Part shown: one piece after another, positions 53,803-64,000 of the stretch
Layout: each line of letters starts with the position of its first letter
Numbering within the stretch: position 1 is the stretch's first letter
Source of the DNA: Octopus sinensis
Lineage: Eukaryota
Reading direction: 5' to 3'
NCBI RefSeq assembly: GCF_006345805.1
Contig: NC_042999.1
Location: 53,754,001 to 53,818,000, forward strand
Length of the DNA stretch: 64,000 nucleotides
Position numbers and translations under genes: made by a program
The notes under the pieces: generated by a model
What the model saw: the letters and a program-made list of their open reading frames with translations, nothing else
Database searches by the model: none
Told to the model about the DNA's origin: nothing

Positions 53803-54862
53803 AACAAGATCACTCGGAGAGCGCAAGCCTTCACCAAGGCAACACCAACGTCCTCTCAATGATTAGCCAGAGATGATTTTTAAAATGAGACTATCTGAAA
53901 TAAACTCGACTGCTCTGATAAACGAGAATACTAAAAATGAATCTGATCGATCTCAAAAATTAAGTAACAACCGGAAAAATAATCCAGAATCCTTGTCCGG
54001 TACCTGATCGATAATCATGGTAGTCATGGAATGTGAAGGTGGGTGTACGGTCCGTGTTTGTAATGCTGTGTGTGTGTGTCATCTGAGTGGGAAGAGGGAC
54101 AGTTTTCTCTTTCAAAGCCTTTTTTAGTCTATCCGCTGATATAGTGTCTTTTACAACTATTAAGGTCTATAGTGAAACATATATCCGTGCCTGAAAGAAA
54201 ACGGAAATGACCTGCATACGGTGCTGTTAACGGAGGCTTGACAACATTGTTGCACACAAAAACGTGAGTCCGAGAAGTAAAGCTTCCTTCAAGACAGAGA
54301 TAGAAATGCAATCGTCAAGTATGGAAGGGGTATTAAACAGGAGCGATATATTCAAAATTGATGAAACTAAACATTGTCGAGGATAAATTAAATTTATTAT
54401 TGTTCCTGAATATGTGAGTGTTATTTAATTTCTGAACGGATTTGCTGCCATTTATTTATGTAGTTTGATTTCTTTGTTCATCAGTTTCGACTAAGATAGA
54501 GACACGAGTAAAATTAATAATAGAGAAATGAAAATAAATTTTGGAAACAGCAACGCCGCCATAACTTATGTGGAAACCATAAGTCTGCTTTCGAGAGAGA
54601 TAATCAGAGAAAGACTTGAAAGTGAACGTAAGATCGTAATACTTCATATAAAGTAAAGTAAATATAACAAATAATCCAGAATCCTTGTCCGGTACCGGAT
54701 CGATCTCCAGATTTAATCAATTCGTGCCAGTCACAAGGCCAAACATCCCTGAAAGTTCCACCCAAATCTACCCAGCGGTTCTTGAGATATCTTGTCCACG
54801 GACAAACAAACAAACATAACTGAAAACAATACCTCTGCCTACGCTAAGGCGGACGTAATAAA
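53803..54862 (-). mobile_element. Non-autonomous Helentron/HINE (DINE-1-like) element carrying an internal insert
   Basis: The terminus TTATTACGTCCGCCTTAGCGTAGGCAGAGGTATTGTTTT is followed by a (TTTG) microsatellite. There are internal 36-bp direct repeats at 53977-54012 and 54669-54704. Confidence 0.6.
54013..54320 (-). mobile_element. Gypsy/Ty3 integrase C-terminal (GPY/F module) fragment
   Basis: THVFVCNNVVKPPLTAPYAGHFRFLSGTDICFTIDLN, then after a frameshift TISADRLK, resembles the THVFVR.DA.R.PL.PPY.GP+.V..R..K.FT+D+NG....VSIDRLK motif. Confidence 0.7.
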
Positions 54863-55029
54863 GGGGTAAAAAAAAATTCACAGTGACAATGCTCTTTTCA
54901 GTACGTGTGAAGTACCAATTAGAACAATCTTTTGTACTTCTTGCAAGGATGCTAAGACAGGGATCATCCTCAAACAATTTTAAGTTACTTTTTTAATCGT
55001 TCCAACTGCTCCTACAATCACTGGTATTC

Positions 55030-55365
55030 TAACCATCTTGAGATGACATCTTTTCGATTCCAATCAACAAATCTTTATATTTTCTGTGCTTATCAAATTC
55101 TTTTGCCGATATATTATGATCATAAGCAACTTCCTTGTCTTTCTACCTAGGCTGTTTAGTCCGTCCACTTTGCTTTCCTCAGAATCAGTGTTAGTGTTAT
55201 CATGCATAGTACAAAGATCAGTGGGGACAGGCAGTCCCCTTAGAAGATGCCTCTCCTGATTTCTATTGTCCTTAAACTTCTTCCATATGCTGTCAATTCT
55301 GTCCGCCACTACGCCATACTTTTTTAAAGCAATCGCTCAACATTCGATGCAATGCCAAATAGGTT
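55030..55365 (-). mobile_element. Older R4/Dong-like RT fragment
   Basis: Encodes LRTIEIRRGIF*GDCLSPLIFVLCMITLTLILRK. Confidence 0.75.
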
Positions 55366-55367
55366 CA

Positions 55368-55456
55368 TTCTTCTTCTTCTTCTTCTTCTTCTTCTTCTTC
55401 TTCTTCTTCTTCTTCTTCTTCTTCTTCTTCTTCTCTTTCTTCTTCTTCTTCCTCTA

Positions 55457-55520
<64 letters not shown>
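55368..55520. repeat. (TTC)n followed by (TTA)n
   Basis: Read directly from the sequence; the (TTA)n part is the LINE 3' tail or target. Confidence 0.95.
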
Positions 55521-55525
<5 letters not shown>

Positions 55526-57647
55526 TAGTTTTATTTTTATAGCGTGCTTTCACTTCACTACCGAGCGCAGCTCTGTGTGCCTTGGGTATGTGCTGTGATT
55601 TGTTGTGATGCTCTGATGGTTATTGTATGGAAAGTGTTCTGCGTAGGATGTGTGCAGTGCCTAGTAGTGCAATTTTCTGTATGTTATATGTGTTTGTAAG
55701 TCCTGGTGTTTTTGTTATGTATTTGTCTGAATATTTTTTTATCATGCCTAATGCACCTACTATGATAGGAATTGTTTCTGTTTTCAGATTCCACATTCTA
55801 GTTACCTCTATTTCCAGGTCTTTGTATTTTGAGAGTTTCTCCATTTCTTTTAGAGACACGTTGTCATCAGCCGGTATTGATACATCAATTAGAAAGCATT
55901 TTTTTTCTTCATGATCTCTGACAACTATATCTGGTCTGTTGGCCTTAATTTCTCTATATGTGTGTATCGGCATATCCCAGAGTATGGTTGCTTTCTCGTT
56001 TTCTGTGACCTTTTCTGGTGTGTGCCTATACCATCTTTTTTCTGTTGTTATTCCATAATGTTGGCATAGCTTCCAATGTATGTAGGTTCCAACTCTGTCA
56101 TGTCTGTGAATATATTCCTTCTTAGCCAAGACTGGGCAGCTAGAGATAATATGATTTATTGTTTCTTGTCCATCTCCACATATTCTGCAGTTACTTGTAA
56201 TATTTCTTTTCATTACATGTTTTTGGTAATTTCTGGTGGGGAGGCTTTGGTCTTGTGCTGCAATTAAAAATCCCTCTGTTTCTGCTTTGAGTCCTGAGCT
56301 TCTCAACCATTGCTGGGATTTTTCTTTGTCTATTTCTTTTGCGTTTAGTTTAGTGCAGTATTTACCATGAAGGGGCTTTTCTTGCCATCGTTTTATCATG
56401 GTTCGTTGCTGTTCTATTTTTAGTTTGGATTTCATTTGTTTTATAGCTTTTGTTGTTTCTTCATCTTCTTCTTCTCTTCTTCATGTTTATTAGGTGGTAT
56501 GATTTCTTGTTTGTATTTGTCAGCTTCCTTAAATACTGAGAACAGTTTTTTGTTTTGCTCGTGTTTTGCCGCTATCTGGATCAGTTTTCCTTCCTTCTGA
56601 AGTAGATATTTTTGCAGTCCTATGGTGGTTATTTTATAGTAGTTTTCCAGCTGTATAAGGCCTCTACCACCTTCTATACGTTGTATATATAGTCTTTCTA
56701 TGTCAGATTTTGGGTGATGCATCCTAGATCCTGTCATTATTTTTCTTGTTTTCCTATCTATTTTGGTCAGTTCATTTCGTGTCCAGTTAAGGATATTGTA
56801 GCTGTAACTTATAACTGGGACAGCTAAAGTGTTGATACCCATTATCTTGTTTTTAGCATTGAGCTCTGTGTTTAGTATTGATCTAACTCGTCTATAATAT
56901 TCTTTTTTTATTTTCTCTTTCATTTGTGTGTGTTGTGTATTATCTAGTTCATGGATTCCTAAGTATTTGTAAGTTTGGCTTTGGTCTAATTCTTTTATTT
57001 CATTGGTTTTATCTAGTGTGATGTTGTTACTCTTAACTAGTTTTCCTCTTTTCAGGTTACTTTGGCGCATTTTTCTAATCCAAATTTCATATCTATTTCT
57101 TTGGTAAATCCATGAACTGTCTTTAATAGTGTTTCCAGCTGTTTGTCATTTGCAGCGCATAGTTTTAGGTCATCCATATATAAAAGGTAGCTGATCGTTT
57201 TGCCGTAACATTTATATCCGCATCCAGTTCTATTTAGCATATCAGATAGAGGTGACAGTGCCAAGCAGAAAAGGAGTGGAGAGAGCGTGTCTCCCTGGAA
57301 TATTCCTCTTCTAATGGGGATGTCTTTGGTTTTCATGAGTCCCTCTTGTGTTTGGAGGTGTAGGACTGTTTGCCATTTATTCATAGAGTGCTCTATGAAT
57401 TTTATGATTGTTGGTGCTACTTTGTTAATGGCTAGTGTTTCGAGGATCCATGTGTGGGGGATGCTATCAAACGCCTTTTTGTAGTCAATCCAGGCCATAC
57501 TGAGGCATTTCTTCTTTCTGTGGCTGTCTTCAGTTATGGCTTTATTAATCATTAGTTGATCTTTACAGCCATATGAGCCTTTGCGGCATCCTTTCTGCTC
57601 TTCTGGGAACAGTTTGTTTTCGTCCAAGTGCTTGTTCAGCCTTTGTG
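55520..57647 (-). mobile_element. Young 5'-truncated R4/Dong-like LINE (RT, CCHC knuckle and RLE; about 2.1 kb) in a (TAA)n tract
   Basis: The RT motifs are EQKGCRKG, WIDYKKAFDSIPH, GIFQGDTLSP, LYMDDLKL and YKYLGI. CRICGDGQETINHIISSC, RHD and RPDIV..D..K..KY follow. Only two frameshifts split it into three long ORFs. Confidence 0.95.
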
Positions 57648-57648
57648 A

Positions 57649-57684
<36 letters not shown>

Positions 57685-57814
57685 TATTATTATTACCATT
57701 ATTATTACTATTATTGTACTATCAGTACACTATCGAAGACAGCGGTGTGATTTGGAGCACATCAAGGTACAAACGCACGTACACACCTTCATATGCACGC
57801 ACATATATGTATGT

Positions 57815-58595
57815 ATGCCTTCATCGCATTTCATAAATTAAATGGAGTTCTTTTAATCCAAACACAGATGTCCTTGCATCTGCAGGCATCACCTCAATTA
57901 AAGCTATGATTTTGAGGAACCAATTGAGATGGTGTAACCATATTGTTCGAATGGCTGATGAACGCATGCCAAAACAGCTGTTTTATGGTGAGCTTGCAGA
58001 GGGGAAACGCTTTCGGCGTAAACCTAATAAAATGGTTTAAGGACGGCATATGGACTACTATGAAGTCACTGGGAATGTTTCCAGAAGATATAGAAACCCT
58101 TGCTTCGGATCGAGTTGGATGGCGAACAAAAGTGTGGAGTGGAGTAAAAGCATTTGTAGAGGCCAGGATAACACAAGTAAAACATAAAAGAGATCTAAGG
58201 AAGAATGTAATGATCAAGAAGGTGAATGACAATGACCCTTTTGTGTGCACAGTTTGTGGCAGACTATGCCTGTATCTTGCTGGCCTCAAATCTCATTTGC
58301 GAATGCATGGAAAACAAACCTCCACCAACTATTCTGACTATATGTCTTTGCACACATTTGAATGCAGTGTATGCCAGAAGGTTTGCAAATCCAACGGAGG
58401 CCTCAAGAGACATTTTGAGAACCACAAAAAGCAGAAATTATCTGCAGCTCTTGGTGGTCCAAACTGGATGTGCAATCTATGTGGGTGTCTTTTCAGAACA
58501 TTGTCTGGTTTAAAAAGCCACAACAGATGCCTTGATGGTGCTAAGGTGTAGGTACAGGAGGTGATCAAACTCTATATAAATAGATAACCACCACA
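57815..58595 (+). mobile_element. RTE (BovB-like) LINE 3' end carrying three tandem zinc fingers
   Basis: IKWSSFNPNTDVL..LRNQLRWCNHIVRMADERMPKQLFYGELAEGKR (one frameshift) ..LASDRVGWR is typical of the RTE C-terminus. Fingers lie at 58246-58308, 58363-58425 and 58471-58530. Confidence 0.85.
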
Positions 58596-58715
58596 ATGTA
58601 TGTATGTATGTATGTATGTATGTATGTATGTATGTATGTATGTATGTATGTATGTATGTATGTATGCATGTATGTATGTATGTATGTATGCATGTATGTA
58701 TGTATGTGTGCATGT

Positions 58716-59545
58716 ACGACTCTCCTATTATTATAATCTTCCACTGAGGATGGAGCTAGTTTCCAGCAAAGATTCAAGGCTCCATCTTTGGTATGTAGTT
58801 AACACAGACGAATTCACATTTGGAACTCGAGAAAAGTCTTGCATACTTATATTGTTCCACTCACAGATTGCACTTGTAATATACGAATCAGCCGGCCAAT
58901 TTCTCTTTCTCAAAATCCCAATTTATCCAGATTCTCCTTTAAGCATTTACTAACAAAACCTAGTGCTACAATTATTACTGGTATGAATATGAATCCATAG
59001 TCTGGATATAGAAGCTGGAGGTTTCAAAGCAGTTGTCCATATATATCCTCTTTTTCTTTGATTTTTAAGGAGATATTTATATCTGCAGGGCAGTGACCTC
59101 TATGAGCGTACATTTATATATTTATTCCTACTGCTGTTGTCTAGCAGGTGTTGCCTGAGTGATACTGTACGGCATTCGAAGGTCCTTATCTCAGGTCTCT
59201 ACCACCTTCATTTCTTCTTAGACAGAGCCTGTCAACATCACTGTTTCTAGTGGAAGTTCCCAGTTGTCAGGATTTTGCAGGTTTTAATATTTATAGAGTG
59301 AATTACCTCTACAGACCAATCAAGTATCACAAATACTGCAAATGCATTGTGGGCTATTGTTTTGTGGCAAGAGGAGAGTTCCGACTGCCATATTTTTCCT
59401 GGGTCTTGTATAATATTCTCGGGTCACTCTATCTTTATTCACAGTTTCTTCATGTAATACATTTCCGTCTATGCCTAAGTACTTGTAACATTCTTTGTGT
59501 GGAATGGGAGCGATAGAGAGAACGTTGATGCACGTCAACAATATC
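58716..59545 (-). mobile_element. RLE-type LINE second family, internally deleted, with (ACAT)n tail at 58588-58715
   Basis: It encodes CYKYLGIDGN..RVTREYY and DVDRLCLRRNEGGR. The C-terminus LGFVSKCLKENLDKLGF..IGRLIRILQVQSVSG matches the 31.6-kb copy. Confidence 0.75.
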
Positions 59546-59553
59546 AACATCAG

Positions 59554-59940
59554 TGGAGGTGCAATGGCCCAGTGGTTAGGGCAGCGGACTCGCGGTCGGA
59601 GGATCGCGGTTTCCATTCCCAGACTGGGCGTTGTGTGTGTTTATTGAGCAAAAATACCTAAAGCTCCACGAGGCTCCGGCAGGGGGTGGTGGCGACCCCT
59701 GTTGTACTCTTTCGCTCCGACTTTCTCTCACTCTTTCTTCCTGTTTCTTGTCCCCGACTTCCTACGCAACAGCTGAGCCTGGATGCGCATTCATTCATCC
59801 GTCAATGCTCTCGGTGTCGGGGGTTGATCTGCTTTCTCTTCTGCGGGTCTTACGAATAGCAAAGGACCACGTTTCGGACTTCTACCACTACAGATATGGG
59901 ACGAAGACCGCTTCGCTCAACAAACAAGCAAACAAACAAC
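59554..59940 (+). mobile_element. tRNA-derived SINE, family D (head GGAGGTGCAATGGCCCAGTGGTTAGGG)
   Basis: tRNA-like head, central TTGAGCAAAAATACCTAAAGCTCC block and (AAAC)n tail. Confidence 0.8.
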
Positions 59941-60139
59941 ATCAACAACAGGGTATTTTTGTGTGTATATATGTACTATGTAAATATATGCGAGTGTATA
60001 CTTGTGTGTGTGAGTGTGTATATGAATGAGTATGAATGTGTATGAACATGTGTATGTGTGTGCGCACCTGTTCGCACAAATAATGCAAGCATATATTTAT
60101 ATGCTTGCATTATTCGAGCGAACATTCATACGTACGCTT

Positions 60140-60267
60140 GTACTCATAGGTAAATCTATCAAAATATGTGTGTATGTATATATATATATATATATATACA
60201 TACATATATGTATGTGTGCCTGTATATATATATATATGTATACATATATATATGAATATTCATGTAT

Positions 60268-60325
<58 letters not shown>

Positions 60326-60387
60326 CATGTACATATATCATTCGTATATAAATTGCATACTTATTTCATATATTTATATGCCACCAT

Positions 60388-60454
<67 letters not shown>

Positions 60455-60553
60455 ACACGTACAACATATATATATATATATATATACACGTACAAACAAA
60501 CACACCAACACGCACACACATTTACACATATATGCATACATACACACACACAC

Positions 60554-60605
<52 letters not shown>

Positions 60606-60653
60606 TATATATATGTATATATATGCATATATGTATGTATAACTATATATATA

Positions 60654-60695
<42 letters not shown>

Positions 60696-60710
60696 TATAT
60701 ATATATCACC
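60140..60710. repeat. Long compound (TA)/(CA) microsatellite field
   Basis: Read directly from the sequence. Confidence 0.9.
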
Positions 60711-61139
60711 GTATCCATACAAATCTACCTGCGTAAACGTGCATTAAATGGCTTCTCCAGGTGGCCCCATACATCATCGGAAAGATACATTATTATTATC
60801 GCCAGCTTCAACGTAGCAAGCGATTTATCAAACTGCAAGGTTTCTCCGACACTCTTGTTTTATTCGTCGGGTGACAAACGAATAGATTTGCCAGCTCCAT
60901 TGGATCCCAATATCCTCGAGAACACACACCTCTTATTATATATGATCATCCTACAGATATCAGTGTTGTTTTTGTTGCTGTTGGCGTTGGCGTCGTTATA
61001 TATAAATAAACGGAATGATTTATTGCTCCATCAAAATGACGTCCACTCGAGCAGCGCATATGTTGTGTTTCTATTACGTAACAACAGAGTAGTGTTGGTT
61101 CAGCCCAGCTCTTATGCTTGCGTCTGTCATTAGTTGTGG

Positions 61140-61530
61140 CTATTGATGATGGTGATGATGATGATGATGATGTTGATGATGATGGTGATGGTAGTAATAA
61201 GGCTGACGATGATGATCAAGACAAAGGCGACAACAATGACGCTGATGACGACGATGATGATGATGCTGAGTAGTGGGAGGAAGAGAAAAAGGATGATGAG
61301 GATAAAGAAGATGGTGATGACTACCCCACGACCACTACGGTGATGACAAGGAGGAAGCAGGGAGGAGGAGGAAGCAGAGAGGAGGAAGAAGCTGGGAGGA
61401 GGAGGAAGAAGCAGGGACGAGGAGGAGGACCATAAGGATAATGATGATGATGATGACGACGACGACAACGAAGGCGATGACGATGCTGATTGATGATGGT
61501 GATGATGCTGGTGATGATGACGAGGATGAT
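61140..61530. repeat. (GAT)n/(GAG)n/(GAC)n degenerate trinucleotide field
   Basis: Read directly from the sequence. Confidence 0.9.
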
Positions 61531-62069
61531 GAGGATTAACGCTACGCCATTTCTCATAGCCCAACTCCATGGCTATCAACGCTCCAGCCATGACCATCCA
61601 GACCTATATCTCACACAGTTTAAATAAAACACTTCATTCAATGTATCACCTTTCACCTAACGGTCTCTTGGTATCATTTGGCGCAAAATTGGCTGGTGTT
61701 TCTAGCACGTGAATTTTCTCATGCCTTTTGTGTGTGTGTGTGTGTGCATGTATATTTATATGCGTTTGCTTGTGTGTGTGCGCGCAAACACCTGTGTGTA
61801 TGTGTATGTATACTTACATATATACATATACACATACACGCAAAAAATACATGCACATATATTCGCACACGCACATACACATTCATATATATATGTGTGT
61901 ATATGAGCGTGTGTGTGTGTGCGCGCGCGCTCACATTTGTCTGTGCGTAAGTGTGTATGCCGAATGGGGGGGGGAAGAAGTGACAGGTTTCCGTCCCCGC
62001 CTCAGATGTTGTCTGTCACACTTGAAAAGCAAAATAGCTTTTGATGTTTTGTATATTAAAGTATTTCAT

Positions 62070-62202
62070 TAGAGGAAAGAGAAGAAGAAGAAGAAAAAGA
62101 AGAAGAAGAAGAAGAAGAAGAAAAAGGGGAAGAAGAAGAAGAAGAAGAAGAAGAAAAAGGGGAAGAAGGAGGAGGAGGGGAGAAGAAGAAGAAGAAGGGG
62201 AA

Positions 62203-62237
<35 letters not shown>

Positions 62238-62425
62238 AGAAGAAAGGGGAAGAAGAAGAAGGAGGAGAAGAAGAAAAAGGGGAAGAAGAAGAAGGAGGAG
62301 AAGAAGAAAAAGGGGAAGAAGAAGAAAGAGAAGAAGAAGAAAAAGAAGAAGAAAAAGAAGAAAAAGAAGAAGAAGAAGAAGAAGAAGAAGAAGAAGAAGA
62401 AGAAGAAGAAGAAGAAGAAGAAGAA
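62070..62425. repeat. (GAA)n-based pure-purine tract of about 355 bp
   Basis: Read directly from the sequence. Confidence 0.95.
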
Positions 62426-62661
62426 TGTTTAAGGAACGAGTGAGTATACGATTCTATGGGGGGATTAAGAAGGCAGGAAGAGTTTGAGACAGGATGGAGG
62501 TGCAAGTGACGGAGGAAGTGGCGGAGGGGGAGATTGTATTTGGATATTTGCCATTATACGGTGCCATCCGTTCTGGTGTCTGTGTAACTTTCAATGACAA
62601 AGTCTGGTACAACACCTCTCACATTTTTCCAGATGTATATCTCTGCAGATCTTCCCCGCAT

Positions 62662-63340
62662 ACGCAGGGTGGGTGAAAAGTAAGTAGGCATTAAAAAGTG
62701 GTAATAAAATTCATATTCCTTTTACAAATTTATTGAAACAAATTATACATTTTCTTTATTACATGGAAATTTTTATATTTCAACATAAGCATCGGTGGCG
62801 TCAGAAAGTTTCCTCAAAGAGCCAGGGATGGAATGAAAAACCTTCTGAAGCACCTCGTATAGGATATCGTTGAGAACCTCCTGAATCCGTGTCTCCAACT
62901 CCTCCCGTGTGCGAAGTACTGTCTTGTACACCTGTTTTGTGTAATCCCTCAGGTAAAAATCACATGGAATGAGATCTGGACTGCTTGGAGTTGTGGACTT
63001 CTGGACTTCTGCGTTCACAGTCTTCAGGGCTTAGATCCTGCACGTAATGGGGTTTCCACGGAAGAAAATTCAATTCTTTATGCAACATTGTACGTATTGC
63101 GTGTCTTGTTCGTCCACTTTCACGAGCTGCTTAACGCGTTGATTCTTGCGGGATGCGATTAAACATTTCCTGCACTGTTGCCACGATGTCCGCTGATCGG
63201 AATGTGGTTGGACGGCCACTTCTTCACGCATCGTTCACAGAGCCCGTGGTCATCAGCTTTGCATGACAATTTTTGTTGTCTCCGGACATTTGTGTTACAT
63301 GCTTTCTTTTTCATGCACGCAACCATCTCTGAAGCAAAAC
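62662..63340 (-). mobile_element. Tc1/mariner-superfamily (Tc3/maT-like) remnant
   Basis: It encodes the C-terminus PSSPDLIPCDFYLRDYTKQVY..TREELETRI..YVEI*, with a TIR-like CAGGGTGGGTGAAAAGTAAGT near 62667. Confidence 0.75.
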
Positions 63341-63619
63341 AATGGAATACACACACACACGCACACACATACATATGTGTGTGTGTGTACATATATATTA
63401 TATACATATAATTATTTGTTGGATTTATATATATATATCTATATATATATATATGATTAATAATATCAGGGTAATAAAAAATTTAAGTGGTAGTAAAAAA
63501 GAGTGGTAGTAAAAAAAAGAGGTATCCGTCATAGAATTCCTTCTAGCGTGCAAGGAATCCTATGACGGGTACTTCTTATGTGTTTAAATGTACACTGTAT
63601 TTATATATATAAATGTGAC

Positions 63620-63818
63620 CGTGTATGTACCGTTGGCGATTTTTTTCCTCCGTCTTCCCTTCTCTGGATCTTTCCTTTTCCTATGTTTCTGACGAAGCGC
63701 TCCGCTCGAAACGTAAGACCCTCCTTCTTCGCTTCCTTCCTGAGCGTCCAATAGTACTATATTTGTTCCACGTCCTCGCGTTGTTGTATTTTCTTTTTGT
63801 GTTTTCATGTTTGAATTA

Positions 63819-63820
<2 letters not shown>
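63620..63820 (+). mobile_element. Penelope-like pseudo-LTR fragment
   Basis: A pyrimidine-rich LTR-like segment contains a hammerhead core and ends in a T-rich tail before (TA)n. Confidence 0.55.
63685..63719 (+). ncRNA. Minimal type-I hammerhead ribozyme motif (Penelope-type)
   Basis: The motif reads GTTT-CTGACGA-AGCGCTCCGCTC-GAAA-CG-TA-AGAC. Both conserved cores are present, with a short stem II, palindromic ACGT stem III, a GUA triplet and a 4-bp stem I (GTTT/AGAC). Confidence 0.55.
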
Positions 63821-63874
<54 letters not shown>

Positions 63875-64000
63875 GCTGGCACACGTCGGTTAAGATGACG
63901 AGGGCTCCAGTTAATCCGATTAACGGAACAGCCTACTGGTGAAATTAACGTGCAAGTGACTGAGCACTCCACAGACACGTGTACCCTTAACGTTGTTCTC

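Noticed and set aside
55620-57699. Three long minus-strand ORFs as a host gene
   Set aside because: They are frameshifted parts of one 5'-truncated LINE ORF (RT-zinc knuckle-RLE).
60884-60907. Walker A-like GSNGAGKS on the minus strand
   Set aside because: A stop follows 8 codons later, and there are no other ABC/NTPase motifs or good splice sites; treated as chance.

Overview
This is AT-rich eukaryotic genomic DNA saturated with repeats. The SINE, LINE and microsatellite repertoire looks like octopus (coleoid cephalopod) DNA; this is inference from pattern recognition, not a database result. One protein-coding gene can be assembled, on the + strand, from four coding exons: 7593-9142, 39765-40006, a 26-nt micro-exon at 43555-43580, and 52488-52745. 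Together they give 2076 nt (691 aa) with GT-AG introns of 30.6, 3.5 and 8.9 kb. The product is a signal peptide, a type-B carboxylesterase/cholinesterase fold, a short stalk, one TM helix and a cytoplasmic tail ending ...ETITKF. The nucleophile Ser (GESSG) is kept, but the catalytic His is Tyr and the catalytic Glu is missing. It is therefore probably a catalytically dead, cholinesterase-like type-I membrane protein, inactivated by the opposite route to neuroligins. Read-through of the exon 2 donor would instead give a hydrophobic, GPI-signal-like tail. The rest of the window is transposon debris: several tRNA-derived SINE families; RLE (R4/Dong-like) LINEs tied to (TAA)n or (ACAT)n tracts; an RTE LINE end with three zinc fingers; Tx1-, CRE- and Penelope-like fragments, some with hammerhead-ribozyme cores; mariner, Tc1 and Tigger remnants; Helitron/Helentron elements; foldback MITEs; and many microsatellites. 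Almost all short ORFs in the supplied track are microsatellite or TE artefacts. Repeat boundaries were read by eye and are approximate unless TSDs or TIRs are quoted.
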